Source of the DNA: an uncultured Candidatus Saccharibacteria bacterium
Lineage (GTDB): Bacteria; Patescibacteriota; Minisyncoccia; Phycocordibacterales; UBA9973
NCBI GenBank assembly: GCA_964390875.1
Contig: CAYMIO010000003.1
Location: forward strand, 1 to 51,814
Reading direction: 5' to 3'
Length of the DNA stretch: 51,814 nucleotides
Below are positions 1 through 8,344 of this stretch, piece by piece; position 1 is the stretch's first letter, and every line of letters begins with the position of its first letter. The translations under genes were made by a program, and so were the position numbers. The notes below the pieces were generated by a model. It saw only the letters and a program-made list of their open reading frames with translations. It did not search any database and was not told where the DNA came from.

Positions 1-111
1 AAAAAAGACTTCTTGAAGTCTAAAGACGGTCAAGAAGTCTTTTTTTGCACATGCCGCGCGGGGTTCTTCCCAAGTATCCAAAACCCCGAACCTGTGCTAT
101 ATTCACTCCGT

Positions 112-705
112 ATGTTAATGCCTAAAACCTATGTATTCTTCGGCAATATCGGCGCCGGAAAGGGCACTCAGGTGTCACTTCTCACCGAAGTTCTCCAGAA
201 TAAGCACGGCCAGAAAGTCGCGTATTTGTCGCCTGGCAATGAATTCCGCAAAATGATGTCAGACGGAAGCTACACGAGCGGCCTCGTGCAGAAAGAGCTC
301 GCCAGCGGAAAGCTCTTTCCGCTTTTTCTCGTATCAACAGTCTTTGGCAACATGATGATAAAAGAGTATTCCGATCCGAGCCAGCATCTCATCTTCGATG
401 GCGTACCTCGCAACCTTGAGCAGGTAGATATGTTCGAAAAGGCGATGGAGTTCTATGGCCGCACCTCTATCGAGATCATTTATATTGATGTTTCAAAAGA
501 AGAAGCAGTGAAGCGCATGAAGCTTCGTGGACGAAGTGACGACACTCCGGAAGCTATCGCGCAGCGTTTCAAAGAATACGAAGACAACGTCCTTCCTGCA
601 CTCAAGCGCATGAAAAAAGACGACTATGTTGTTCATCATGTAAATGGTGAGCAGGCTATCGATGGCGTGCACCAGGAAATTCTAACCGCCCTTGGCCTCA
701 AATAA
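112..705 (+). CDS. adk: adenylate kinase
   Basis: P-loop FFGNIGAGKGTQ lies a few residues after the ATG at 112. The LID region and C-terminus follow the Adk pattern (GRSDDTPEAIAQRFKEY). The track ORF begins at an upstream TTG (13), which is probably not used. Confidence 0.9.
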   Translation: MLMPKTYVFFGNIGAGKGTQVSLLTEVLQNKHGQKVAYLSPGNEFRKMMSDGSYTSGLVQKELASGKLFPLFLVSTVFGNMMIKEYSDPSQHLIFDGVPRNLEQVDMFEKAMEFYGRTSIEIIYIDVSKEEAVKRMKLRGRSDDTPEAIAQRFKEYEDNVLPALKRMKKDDYVVHHVNGEQAIDGVHQEILTALGLK

Positions 706-706
706 T

Positions 707-1435
707 ATGGAAGAAAACCCGATCATCGTTATATCGCTTGGAGGTTCGATCATGGTGCCGAGTCATGTGGATGGTGAGTTCGTTGAAGAATTTGTTTCTC
801 TTATAAAAGAACAGACGATGCTTGGGAAGCGTTTTGCCATCATTACAGGTGGTGGTGCTGTGGCTCGGGATTATCGGGATGCACTCGTGCATGCAGGGAT
901 CCAGGATTCAGTTATTCTGGATTCTATGGGCATTGCCGCTACGCGTATGAACGCACTTCTTCTTCGATATTCATTTGGCGATGAATATGCCGAAAGTGAT
1001 ATTGTACTCGACCCTACCATTCCATTTCGTTTTTCAAAAAAAGTTGTTGTCGCTGGCGGATGGAAACCAGGTCACTCGAGCGACGGTGCTGCTGTGGGTT
1101 TGGCTCAAACGCTCGGCGCGCGCACTGTCCTCAACCTTTCTAATATTGATTACGTGTATACTGCTGACCCACGCCATGATCCAGATGCTGAACCCATTCG
1201 CGACATCCTCTGGACTGATTTTCTCAAAATGATCCCATCAGCATGGACTCCGGGTGCGAGCGCTCCGTTTGATCCTGTTGCAGCGAAGATGGCTGCCGAT
1301 AACGATATTGACGTTGTTGTCATGAATGGGAAAAACCTCCCTAATCTTAAAGACTATCTTTCTGGTGAACGATTTATGGGGACGATCATAAGCGGCACAG
1401 AATCTTCCGATCATCTTCCTCGAAACATGGGGTAG
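707..1435 (+). CDS. pyrH: UMP kinase, archaeal-type (amino-acid kinase fold)
   Basis: Motifs VISLGGS, ITGGGAVARDY and VAGGWKPGHSSDGAAVGLA...NIDYVYTADP match short archaeal-type uridylate kinases. ATG at 707; the track ORF starts at TTG 692. Confidence 0.75.
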   Translation: MEENPIIVISLGGSIMVPSHVDGEFVEEFVSLIKEQTMLGKRFAIITGGGAVARDYRDALVHAGIQDSVILDSMGIAATRMNALLLRYSFGDEYAESDIVLDPTIPFRFSKKVVVAGGWKPGHSSDGAAVGLAQTLGARTVLNLSNIDYVYTADPRHDPDAEPIRDILWTDFLKMIPSAWTPGASAPFDPVAAKMAADNDIDVVVMNGKNLPNLKDYLSGERFMGTIISGTESSDHLPRNMG

Positions 1436-1482
1436 TGGTAGAGATAAAAACCTTGCGCAGAGTAGCGCTCCCGCAATCATCT

Positions 1483-2253
1483 ATGGCAATCATCATAAAA
1501 ACAGCTAAAGAAATTGAAATTCTCCGCGTCGGTGGTAAACGCCTTGCGGCTGTTTTGCATGAAGTATCAAAGCAGGTGTTGCCGGGTGTCTCGACGCTAG
1601 AACTCGACACGCTTGCAGAAAAATTGATTCGCGCGGGAGGAGACGAACCTGCCTTTAAAGGCTACCGACCAGAAGGTCACAAGACAGCTTTTCCAGCCAG
1701 TCTGTGTACTTCAGTAAATAGCGAAGTGGTTCACGGTATTCCGAAGAAGACGATGGTTCTGAAAGAAGGGGATATTGTTTCTATCGACCTTGGTCTCAAA
1801 CATAAAGGTCTTTTTACCGACCATGCGATGACCGTTGCTGTGGGGAAGATTTCAAAAAAAGATGAAGAGCTTTTGCGGGTGACTCGCGATGCCTTGTATG
1901 AAGGGATTCACGCTATCGTGCCCGGTGCGCGGGTGGGTGATATTGGCCACGCGATTGAGAGTTTCGCCAAACCGTACAAATACGGCAACGTTCGCGTGCT
2001 CGCAGGACACGGCGTTGGAAAATACATCCACGAAGATCCGTACATTCCAAATTACGGAAAGAAGGGAACTGGCGCTGTTCTTACTCCCGGTATGGTTATT
2101 GCCATCGAACCGATGTTCAACCTCGGTACCGACAACGTCATCGTCGCCAAAGATGACTGGACCTTCAAAACCGCCGACGGCAAAAAAAGCGCACATTTTG
2201 AACATACCGTTTTGATTACAGAAGAAGGAGCAGAGATTTTGACGGAAATATAA
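1483..2253 (+). CDS. map: type I methionine aminopeptidase
   Basis: N-terminus MAIIIKTAKEIEILR plus the metal-ligand pattern (D in SIDLG, HGVGKYIHE, IEPM, FEHTV). The adk...map order is typical of the distal spc operon. Confidence 0.92.
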   Translation: MAIIIKTAKEIEILRVGGKRLAAVLHEVSKQVLPGVSTLELDTLAEKLIRAGGDEPAFKGYRPEGHKTAFPASLCTSVNSEVVHGIPKKTMVLKEGDIVSIDLGLKHKGLFTDHAMTVAVGKISKKDEELLRVTRDALYEGIHAIVPGARVGDIGHAIESFAKPYKYGNVRVLAGHGVGKYIHEDPYIPNYGKKGTGAVLTPGMVIAIEPMFNLGTDNVIVAKDDWTFKTADGKKSAHFEHTVLITEEGAEILTEI

Positions 2254-3042
2254 ATGAATTACATTCAAAAAAATAAACAATCGTTTGGTTCTGTTGCTCG
2301 TGACTATAAAAAGTATCGAGGTTCGTATAACAATGCGCTCTTTAAATATATTGTATCTCTTATTAAGAATGTTCCCGGTTCTGTCGATATTCTTGATCTT
2401 GGTTGTGGAGTAGGGAACTCCACTGAGCCGCTCTTTGCTCAATTACAAAAGTCTAAGAAAGATTTTTCTGTAACTGGTTGCGATCCTGATCCTGAAATGC
2501 TGGCCGTTGCAAGGAAAAGTGCAAAAAAAGAAAAGCTTCCAATAACGTACGTACAAGGAATTGCCGAAAAAATACCTTTTCCTGACCATTCGTTTGATCT
2601 CATTTACTCAGGAGCTGCATTTCATTGGTTTGCTAGAGTAAAAACGCTTAAACATATACACAGTAAGTTGAAGAAAAGAGGAGTCTATGTAGTCTTTTGG
2701 GCCAAGAGTCCAAAATCTAACAAACCGGTTATTGGACAGGAGATATATAAAAAGTTTAAATTTCACGGCATTCCATTACAGTGGCGTGATCCTGCTAATG
2801 TAGGAGCTATCTTGAAAAAATCTGGATTCAAAAAAGTCACTATCGTAAAAGTTCCCTATGTACATAAGAGAACAATTACCCAAACAGTAGGCTTACAGAA
2901 AACTAATTCAGGCTATGCCGTTCTTTCTGCAGATGAGAAAAAGCAGTTTGTCCGAGAAATGACACAGGCACATAAGGTAGCTCTTGGAAACAAACTGAAT
3001 GTTATTCGCCAAGAAATACATGTTTGTTACGGCACTAGGTAG
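2254..3042 (+). CDS. class I SAM-dependent methyltransferase
   Basis: SAM-binding motif I ILDLGCGVGNST and the post-I acidic loop. The start abuts the map stop (TAA ATG). Visibly A+T-rich. Confidence 0.8.
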   Translation: MNYIQKNKQSFGSVARDYKKYRGSYNNALFKYIVSLIKNVPGSVDILDLGCGVGNSTEPLFAQLQKSKKDFSVTGCDPDPEMLAVARKSAKKEKLPITYVQGIAEKIPFPDHSFDLIYSGAAFHWFARVKTLKHIHSKLKKRGVYVVFWAKSPKSNKPVIGQEIYKKFKFHGIPLQWRDPANVGAILKKSGFKKVTIVKVPYVHKRTITQTVGLQKTNSGYAVLSADEKKQFVREMTQAHKVALGNKLNVIRQEIHVCYGTR

Positions 3043-3111
3043 TTTTTTTGGTTCAAGAAAATCTAAAGAAATTACTTGCCTGGTTTCTTCGGTGTTTGTT
3101 AGAGTAGGGGA

Positions 3112-3363
3112 GTGATTACTGATTCTGACATCGAAAAGCTTTCAAAGACATTCCTGACCAAAGAGGAGTATAGAAAGTCTTCAAGGAATTTTGCGACCAC
3201 GAAAGAGCTCAAGTACGAGATCGATTCTCTTCGCGCAGAAATGAGAGGTGAATTCCAGAATGTTCACGATGAGATAGGCGACATGAAAGAAATGATCCAA
3301 GGCCTAGCTGTTTCAATGGACGGAGTCATAAAATCCATCAGCGACATGTGGCTCGAATATTAA
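3112..3363 (+). CDS. hypothetical small coiled-coil protein (GTG start)
   Basis: 83-aa ORF with heptad-like charged sequence, 39 nt upstream of the large ATPase gene. No recognisable family. Confidence 0.4.
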   Translation: MITDSDIEKLSKTFLTKEEYRKSSRNFATTKELKYEIDSLRAEMRGEFQNVHDEIGDMKEMIQGLAVSMDGVIKSISDMWLEY

Positions 3364-3402
3364 TCGCGCGCATTGCTTTTGCCGTGATATACTAATTCCA
3401 CT

Positions 3403-6129
3403 ATGGAACAGTTTGAAGCGAAGAGTATTCCGAAATTTACGTCTCCGGAAGAGGAGATTGCGTTTCTTCGAAATGAGATAGCGCGCAAAGAGGAAATGAT
3501 CCGTTTTGAAGGGGGCACACCGGACACCGAAAAACTTGCCGAGGATACACTCAACGCATACAAGGAAATGGAGCGCCAAGACGTCCTCAAGAAGAGTCAG
3601 ATGATCCCGGAAAAAGAAGCCGAAGAGATCGTGCTTGCACTCGCGCCCGAAAGTCACGACCGCACGATGGAAGAACTGCTCGGCATTCTGATCAGTAAAG
3701 GGATAAAGAATGCACTCCACATCGTAGAAGGTCTCGACAACCCGCACATCGACGACGATTTCCACCGCTTTCTCGTACAGTACCTTCGAAGCACCAAAGA
3801 AGTACCCGGTCTCAAGGAAGGTAGTCCGCTCTGGAAGGGGATCGACATGAAGCTTTTTGAAATTACCTTACCTGAACCAACAGAAGGCGGTCGCGGATAC
3901 AAAGAATTCATTGCCGCGATGGAGCAGTTTTACGCTGGCATGCAAGCCGTGGGTGGACACGAAAATCCCAACCGTCATTACTACACCCTCGAACTCGCAC
4001 TTCCTGAAAGCGGGACTGATGTTTTTTTCTATGCTGGTGTTCCTTCTTCCAAAGCCGACCTTCTTGAAAAGCAAATCCTTTCTTTCTATCACGACGCGAA
4101 ACTAAAAGAAATCACCGACGACTACAACGTCTTCAACGAGACAGGGTATTCCGCTGGCTCATACGCGAAGCTTTCCGATATGGAAATCTATCCACTCAAG
4201 ACGCACGATGAGATCGAGCACGATCCGATGAATGCCATGGTGAATGCATTTTCAAAATTGAAAGAAAAAGGCGAAGGTGCGGCGATCCAATTTACTGTCG
4301 TGCCTGCAGGTGAAGTCTTGGTGAAGCGCTTCACAACAATGCTCGACCGAGTGAAGAACGACCACATAAAAGCCAAAGATGCGTATGGCAACTACAATGC
4401 CTTTGGGAAACAAGCTGGAAAGATTTTGAAAGATCTTGTGTTCTCTTCATCAAAAAAACCTGACGAAGAAAAAAAGACAGATGACAAAGGAATGGAACTT
4501 ATCCAGAAAAAGATCAGTAGCACGATTCAGAACGTGGGTGTGCGCATTACGGCATCAGGAGAGACACCCGAGCGAGCTGAGACGATACTTCATGAGCTCG
4601 AATCAGTCTTCAACCAATTCTATGCTCCTGGGTCCAATGGCCTTGAATGGCAGAAGATCGAAAAGAAGCATACGCGCGATTTCTTGCACAATTTCTCATA
4701 CCGCCAGCTTGTGGATGATGAACTTTTCGCGCTCAATGTGAAAGAACTTTCAACGCTGTTTCATTTCCCGATAGGGGTGAAGAGTACGCCGCAATTGAAA
4801 CAAGCTCAGGCCGCCATTGCTCCCGCTCCTTCTACGATGGGTTCAGCGGGTGTGCTTCTTGGTACCAACGTCTACCGCGGCGAAGTAAAGAAGATCTATA
4901 TGACTCGCGAGGACCGCATGCGTCACTTCTATGTGATCGGTCAGACGGGTACTGGTAAGACGACGATTTTGAAAAATATCATCGCGCAGGATATTGCTAA
5001 TGGCGATGGTTGTTGTTTCATTGATCCACACGGCACCGACCTCCAGGACATTCTTTCGTATGTCCCACCTGAGCGAATCGATGACGTTATTTACTTCGAC
5101 CCTGCGTACACAGCCCGTCCGATGGGTCTCAACATGCTCGAATACGATCCGCGCTATCCAGAGCAGAAGACCTTTGTCGTCAACGAACTTCTTGCTATCT
5201 TCAACAAACTCTTCGATATGAAAACAGCCGGCGGTCCGGCCTTCGAACAGTATTTCAGAAATAGCGCACTTCTTGTGATGGAAGATCCTGAATCGGGTTC
5301 TACGCTTCTTGAGATCGGTCGCGTGATGGCCGACAAAGAATTTCGCGACCTCAAGCTTTCTCGGTGTAAGAATCCGATCATTCACCAATTCTGGGCGAAT
5401 GCCGAAAAGACAAGTGGGGAACAGAGTCTCGCCAACTTCGTGCCGTATATCACCAACAAGTTCGATGTCTTCGTTTCAAACGACATCATGCGTCCAGTGA
5501 TCGCTCAGCAAGAGTCGGTGTTCAATTTCAGAAAGATTATGGATGAAGGAAAAATTCTTCTCGTGAATCTTTCAAAAGGTCGCCTTGGTGATATCAATGC
5601 GAACCTTCTCGGTCTTATCATCGTGGGTAAAATTCAAATGGCCGCGCTTTCCCGCGTCGACATGTATGGCCAAAACATGCGCGACTTCTATCTTTACATC
5701 GACGAATTCCAAAATGTCACGACTGACTCGATCGCATCGATTCTTTCTGAAGCTCGTAAATATCGCCTTTCGCTCAACGTGGCGCACCAATATATTTCGC
5801 AGCTTGAGGAATCTATTAAGAACGCTGTCTTCGGTAACGTGGGTTCAATGGCAACCTTCCGCGTTGGTCCGGACGATGCTGAATACCTCGCAAAGCAGTA
5901 CGAACCGATCTTCACACCTCAGGACATTTTGAAACTTGAAAACAGAAATGCGTATATGAAAATGCTTGTTGACGGTACGCCCGTGAAGCCTTTCAACATC
6001 GCGACCAATCCACCACCACAGGGCAACAAAGAGATCGTCGAAAAGATCAAAGAGCTTTCATACATGAAATTCGGCCGCGATAGGGCGGAGGTGGAAGAGG
6101 AGATTATGAAGCGGTATAGGAAAGTATAG
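3403..6129 (+). CDS. TraD/VirD4 (type IV coupling protein)-like P-loop ATPase with a large uncharacterised N-terminal region
   Basis: Walker A GQTGTGKTT (about nt 4939-4965), Walker B FYLYIDEFQN, and an SEARKYRLSLNVAHQY sensor region. No N-terminal TM helix. TATACT box at 3388-3393, 9 nt before the ATG. Confidence 0.8.
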   Translation: MEQFEAKSIPKFTSPEEEIAFLRNEIARKEEMIRFEGGTPDTEKLAEDTLNAYKEMERQDVLKKSQMIPEKEAEEIVLALAPESHDRTMEELLGILISKGIKNALHIVEGLDNPHIDDDFHRFLVQYLRSTKEVPGLKEGSPLWKGIDMKLFEITLPEPTEGGRGYKEFIAAMEQFYAGMQAVGGHENPNRHYYTLELALPESGTDVFFYAGVPSSKADLLEKQILSFYHDAKLKEITDDYNVFNETGYSAGSYAKLSDMEIYPLKTHDEIEHDPMNAMVNAFSKLKEKGEGAAIQFTVVPAGEVLVKRFTTMLDRVKNDHIKAKDAYGNYNAFGKQAGKILKDLVFSSSKKPDEEKKTDDKGMELIQKKISSTIQNVGVRITASGETPERAETILHELESVFNQFYAPGSNGLEWQKIEKKHTRDFLHNFSYRQLVDDELFALNVKELSTLFHFPIGVKSTPQLKQAQAAIAPAPSTMGSAGVLLGTNVYRGEVKKIYMTREDRMRHFYVIGQTGTGKTTILKNIIAQDIANGDGCCFIDPHGTDLQDILSYVPPERIDDVIYFDPAYTARPMGLNMLEYDPRYPEQKTFVVNELLAIFNKLFDMKTAGGPAFEQYFRNSALLVMEDPESGSTLLEIGRVMADKEFRDLKLSRCKNPIIHQFWANAEKTSGEQSLANFVPYITNKFDVFVSNDIMRPVIAQQESVFNFRKIMDEGKILLVNLSKGRLGDINANLLGLIIVGKIQMAALSRVDMYGQNMRDFYLYIDEFQNVTTDSIASILSEARKYRLSLNVAHQYISQLEESIKNAVFGNVGSMATFRVGPDDAEYLAKQYEPIFTPQDILKLENRNAYMKMLVDGTPVKPFNIATNPPPQGNKEIVEKIKELSYMKFGRDRAEVEEEIMKRYRKV

Positions 6130-6219
6130 GTTTTCGGGCGAGTTGATTCAGCGTCTTTTTCGTGCTATCCTCAGCGTATCAGCCCCTTCGGGTTTTTATT
6201 TTTAACTCATTTTTTAATT

Positions 6220-6732
6220 ATGACAATCGAACGCACACTCATCGTTATGAAGCCAGATGCTGTACAGCGCGGGCTCGTTGGCGAAATTCTTACTCGTTTT
6301 GAAAAAACTGGCCTCAAAATCGTGGGCAACAAAATGCTCTGGCCTGATGCCAACCATTACTTCAAGCACTATGAAGATATTGGAAAGGTTATCTCACGCC
6401 GAGGTCAGGAGGTTTTCGATGTGACTCTCGCTATGATGAATCAGGGTCCGGTAATGGCTTTTGTTCTCGAAGGAATTGAGGCTGTCTCACTTGTTCGCAA
6501 AATGGTAGGTGCGACAGAGCCAAAGTCTGCTCTTCCTGGTACGATCCGCGGCGACTACGCTCACATGAGCTATGGCCACGCAGATGCCAACAAGATCGGA
6601 ATTCCAAACCTCATCCATGCTTCAGGTGACCCAGATGAAGCCAAGCTCGAGATCGCTCACTGGTTCTCAGAAGCTGAACTCTATGACTACGCTACGGCGC
6701 ATGAAGGGTTTACACAGACAAAGAAGAAATAA
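6220..6732 (+). CDS. ndk: nucleoside-diphosphate kinase
   Basis: ERTLIVMKPDAVQRGLVGEI and NLIHASGD containing the active-site His, at typical NDK length. Confidence 0.92.
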   Translation: MTIERTLIVMKPDAVQRGLVGEILTRFEKTGLKIVGNKMLWPDANHYFKHYEDIGKVISRRGQEVFDVTLAMMNQGPVMAFVLEGIEAVSLVRKMVGATEPKSALPGTIRGDYAHMSYGHADANKIGIPNLIHASGDPDEAKLEIAHWFSEAELYDYATAHEGFTQTKKK

Positions 6733-6743
6733 AGAGTGTAAGA

Positions 6744-6773
6744 AAAACCCGCATTTATGCGGGTTTTTCTTTT
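6744..6773 (+). terminator. intrinsic terminator after ndk
   Basis: aaaaacccgca-ttta-tgcgggttttt hairpin followed by a T-run. Confidence 0.8.
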
Positions 6774-6836
6774 ATATAGGAACTATTTACTTTTTACAAA
6801 AAGTTCAGTATAATTTAAAAAATTAAAAAATAACCC

Positions 6837-7409
6837 ATGATAAGAATAGTGGAACCCCCGTTTTTTAACAGTGCCTGTCGGTGTTTCTTGCATAGCAATA
6901 CAACACCCGTCCCTAGCTGTGTTGTTGATATGATGAACGTATTACTCTTGATTGTGGTTGAAAAAACAGGAGTACCTGCCGAGGATATAGTTGTTTCTTT
7001 AAAAGGGAAAACTCCAGTTAACCGTTCGCGTACCTTGTTGTATTTATTGTTTCAGTATTACATTATTTCTACTGGAAAGGCATCGAAATCAAATGTGGGG
7101 TCTACTATCGGTAGGAATCACGTTGTTTTTTGTCACGCAAATAATAAATACAAGAACAATAAAAACTTCCTTGCACGTGATTTTATGGAGCTTGTTGATA
7201 TCGTAAGAGTTCGACATCCAAAGTGGAAAGAGGGCTATATTTGGTTTAACAAGGAAACACAGCAAAAGAGTTCACGTTTGGAAGATTGTTTTGTATTTAA
7301 CCGCGAACAACTTGAAAAGCTTCTTCGCTTCAATGGTGTAGAAAAAGAAGTGGAATTCCCAGGATGGTCTTGGAATACATACTACGCCGAAGTGGTGGTC
7401 TCCCAATGA
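6837..7409 (+). CDS. DnaA domain IV-like helix-turn-helix protein (orphan)
   Basis: Residues about 45-105 (TGVPAEDIVVSLKGKTPVNRSRTLLYLLFQYY...VGSTIGRNHVVFCHANNKY) align in pattern with the DnaA C-terminal DNA-binding domain (R..ARQ.AMYL...IG..FGRDHTTVLHA..K). TATAAT at 6809-6814. An alternative start lies at 6930. Confidence 0.55.
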   Translation: MIRIVEPPFFNSACRCFLHSNTTPVPSCVVDMMNVLLLIVVEKTGVPAEDIVVSLKGKTPVNRSRTLLYLLFQYYIISTGKASKSNVGSTIGRNHVVFCHANNKYKNNKNFLARDFMELVDIVRVRHPKWKEGYIWFNKETQQKSSRLEDCFVFNREQLEKLLRFNGVEKEVEFPGWSWNTYYAEVVVSQ

Positions 7410-7416
7410 TACTTTA

Positions 7417-7445
7417 AAAGCCCGGCACATTGTCGGGTTTTTTTA
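7417..7445 (+). terminator. intrinsic terminator
   Basis: cccggca-cat-tgtcggg hairpin followed by ttttttt. Confidence 0.7.
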
Positions 7446-7551
7446 TTGCATGTTTGAAAAGTAATTGAAATGTCAATGTTGAGAAAAGTATTTTGTTGTG
7501 TCGTAAGCGATATCCACAGTACACCTCTCCTTTTCATGCGTATACTTTAGG

Positions 7552-7706
7552 TAGGGTTATTTGAGAAAAGTACTTAGAACACCTTGTGTGAGGGATCGGT
7601 CGTCCGTTTGAGCCTTGGTTTACTCGGCGCGAACCCACGTAGCTTCACGCTATAGTACTCTTTCCGGATAATCCTAATAAAAAACTCTGCACTCGCAGGG
7701 TTTTTT
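7552..7706 (+). ncRNA. candidate structured small RNA of unknown class
   Basis: TATACT at 7541-7546. Bases 7552-7574 pair with 7654-7676 as a 23-bp helix (several G-U pairs, two mismatches) closing a 79-nt interior. An own terminator ctctgc-actc-gcaggg-tttttt lies at 7685-7706. No credible ORF. Confidence 0.35.
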
Positions 7707-7733
7707 AATTTGTTAGCTGAATATCCTCGCTTC

Positions 7734-7853
7734 GCCCCGAAACACCCCATGCTTTTTGGATTTTTCAAAAGCGCATATCTGGCGGCGCCACTCTTGTTCT
7801 CCGAAACTGCGCACATCATTGAAAAATCCAAAAAGCATGGGGTGTTTCGGGGC
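7734..7853. repeat. 120-bp palindromic element (perfect 35-bp inverted repeat with a 50-nt spacer)
   Basis: 7734-7768, gccccgaaacaccccatgctttttggatttttcaa, is the exact reverse complement of 7819-7853. The termini TTC-GCCCCG...CGGGGC-TTC are shared with the element at 34456-34567. Confidence 0.85.
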
Positions 7854-7892
7854 TTCGTGGTGCTTTCTACTTCTCCTTGCTACACTGTCTCT

Positions 7893-8324
7893 ATGCTCAC
7901 GTCTGGAAACAAACGCCTTGTCCGTCTCATGCTCGGTAATATCCTGGGTATTTTTGGCGTGAATACGCTTGCCATTTTCTTCTATTTCTACAGCGCGCTG
8001 TGGTGGTTTGATATGCCGATGCATTTTTGGGGTGGCGCGTGGTTGATGTTCGCAGTGCTTGCATCTCGGATCTGGGTTCGCCCTGAAGGGGGAGCTGGTG
8101 ATCCAATGTTTGTCACGCGGCATACGTTCGTTATTGCTCTTCTTATCGTATTCGCAATCGGTGCTGCATGGGAAGGTTTTGAATATGTGGTGCAGTATTA
8201 CACAGGAGCGGGTCTTGCGAACCCACTTGATTCGCTCTCTGATCTTGCATTCGATATGTCAGGAGCACTTTTCGCGTGGCTCTATCTTCAGAAAAAACGA
8301 ATCATCGTTTGGAAGCGCGTCTAA
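7893..8324 (+). CDS. integral membrane protein, unknown family
   Basis: Four hydrophobic helices. TACACT box at 7881-7886, 6 nt before the ATG at 7893. The upstream part of track ORF 7710..8324 merely reads through the palindromic element. Confidence 0.6.
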   Translation: MLTSGNKRLVRLMLGNILGIFGVNTLAIFFYFYSALWWFDMPMHFWGGAWLMFAVLASRIWVRPEGGAGDPMFVTRHTFVIALLIVFAIGAAWEGFEYVVQYYTGAGLANPLDSLSDLAFDMSGALFAWLYLQKKRIIVWKRV

Positions 8325-8344
8325 GTTTGCTATACTTTAGCAAC

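Noticed and set aside
7510-7518. Near-consensus DnaA box ATATCCACA suggesting a replication origin
   Set aside because: It is a single box. No cluster, no AT-rich unwinding repeats and no dnaA or dnaN nearby. A single 8-of-9 match is expected by chance.
7552-7706. Possibility that the candidate ncRNA is SRP (4.5S) RNA, RNase P RNA or a riboswitch
   Set aside because: I found no GGAA/AGCAGC helix-8 motif on either strand, no GGAAAGUCC-type motif, and no riboswitch core that I recognise. The class is left open rather than named.
7574-7892. ORFs 7574-7831 (minus), 7713-8123 (minus) and the first 61 codons of 7710-8324
   Set aside because: They are translations of the candidate ncRNA and of both arms of the 35-bp inverted repeat; mirror peptides such as KHPMLFGFF appear on both strands. 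The membrane protein has a proper TACACT box and an ATG at 7893.
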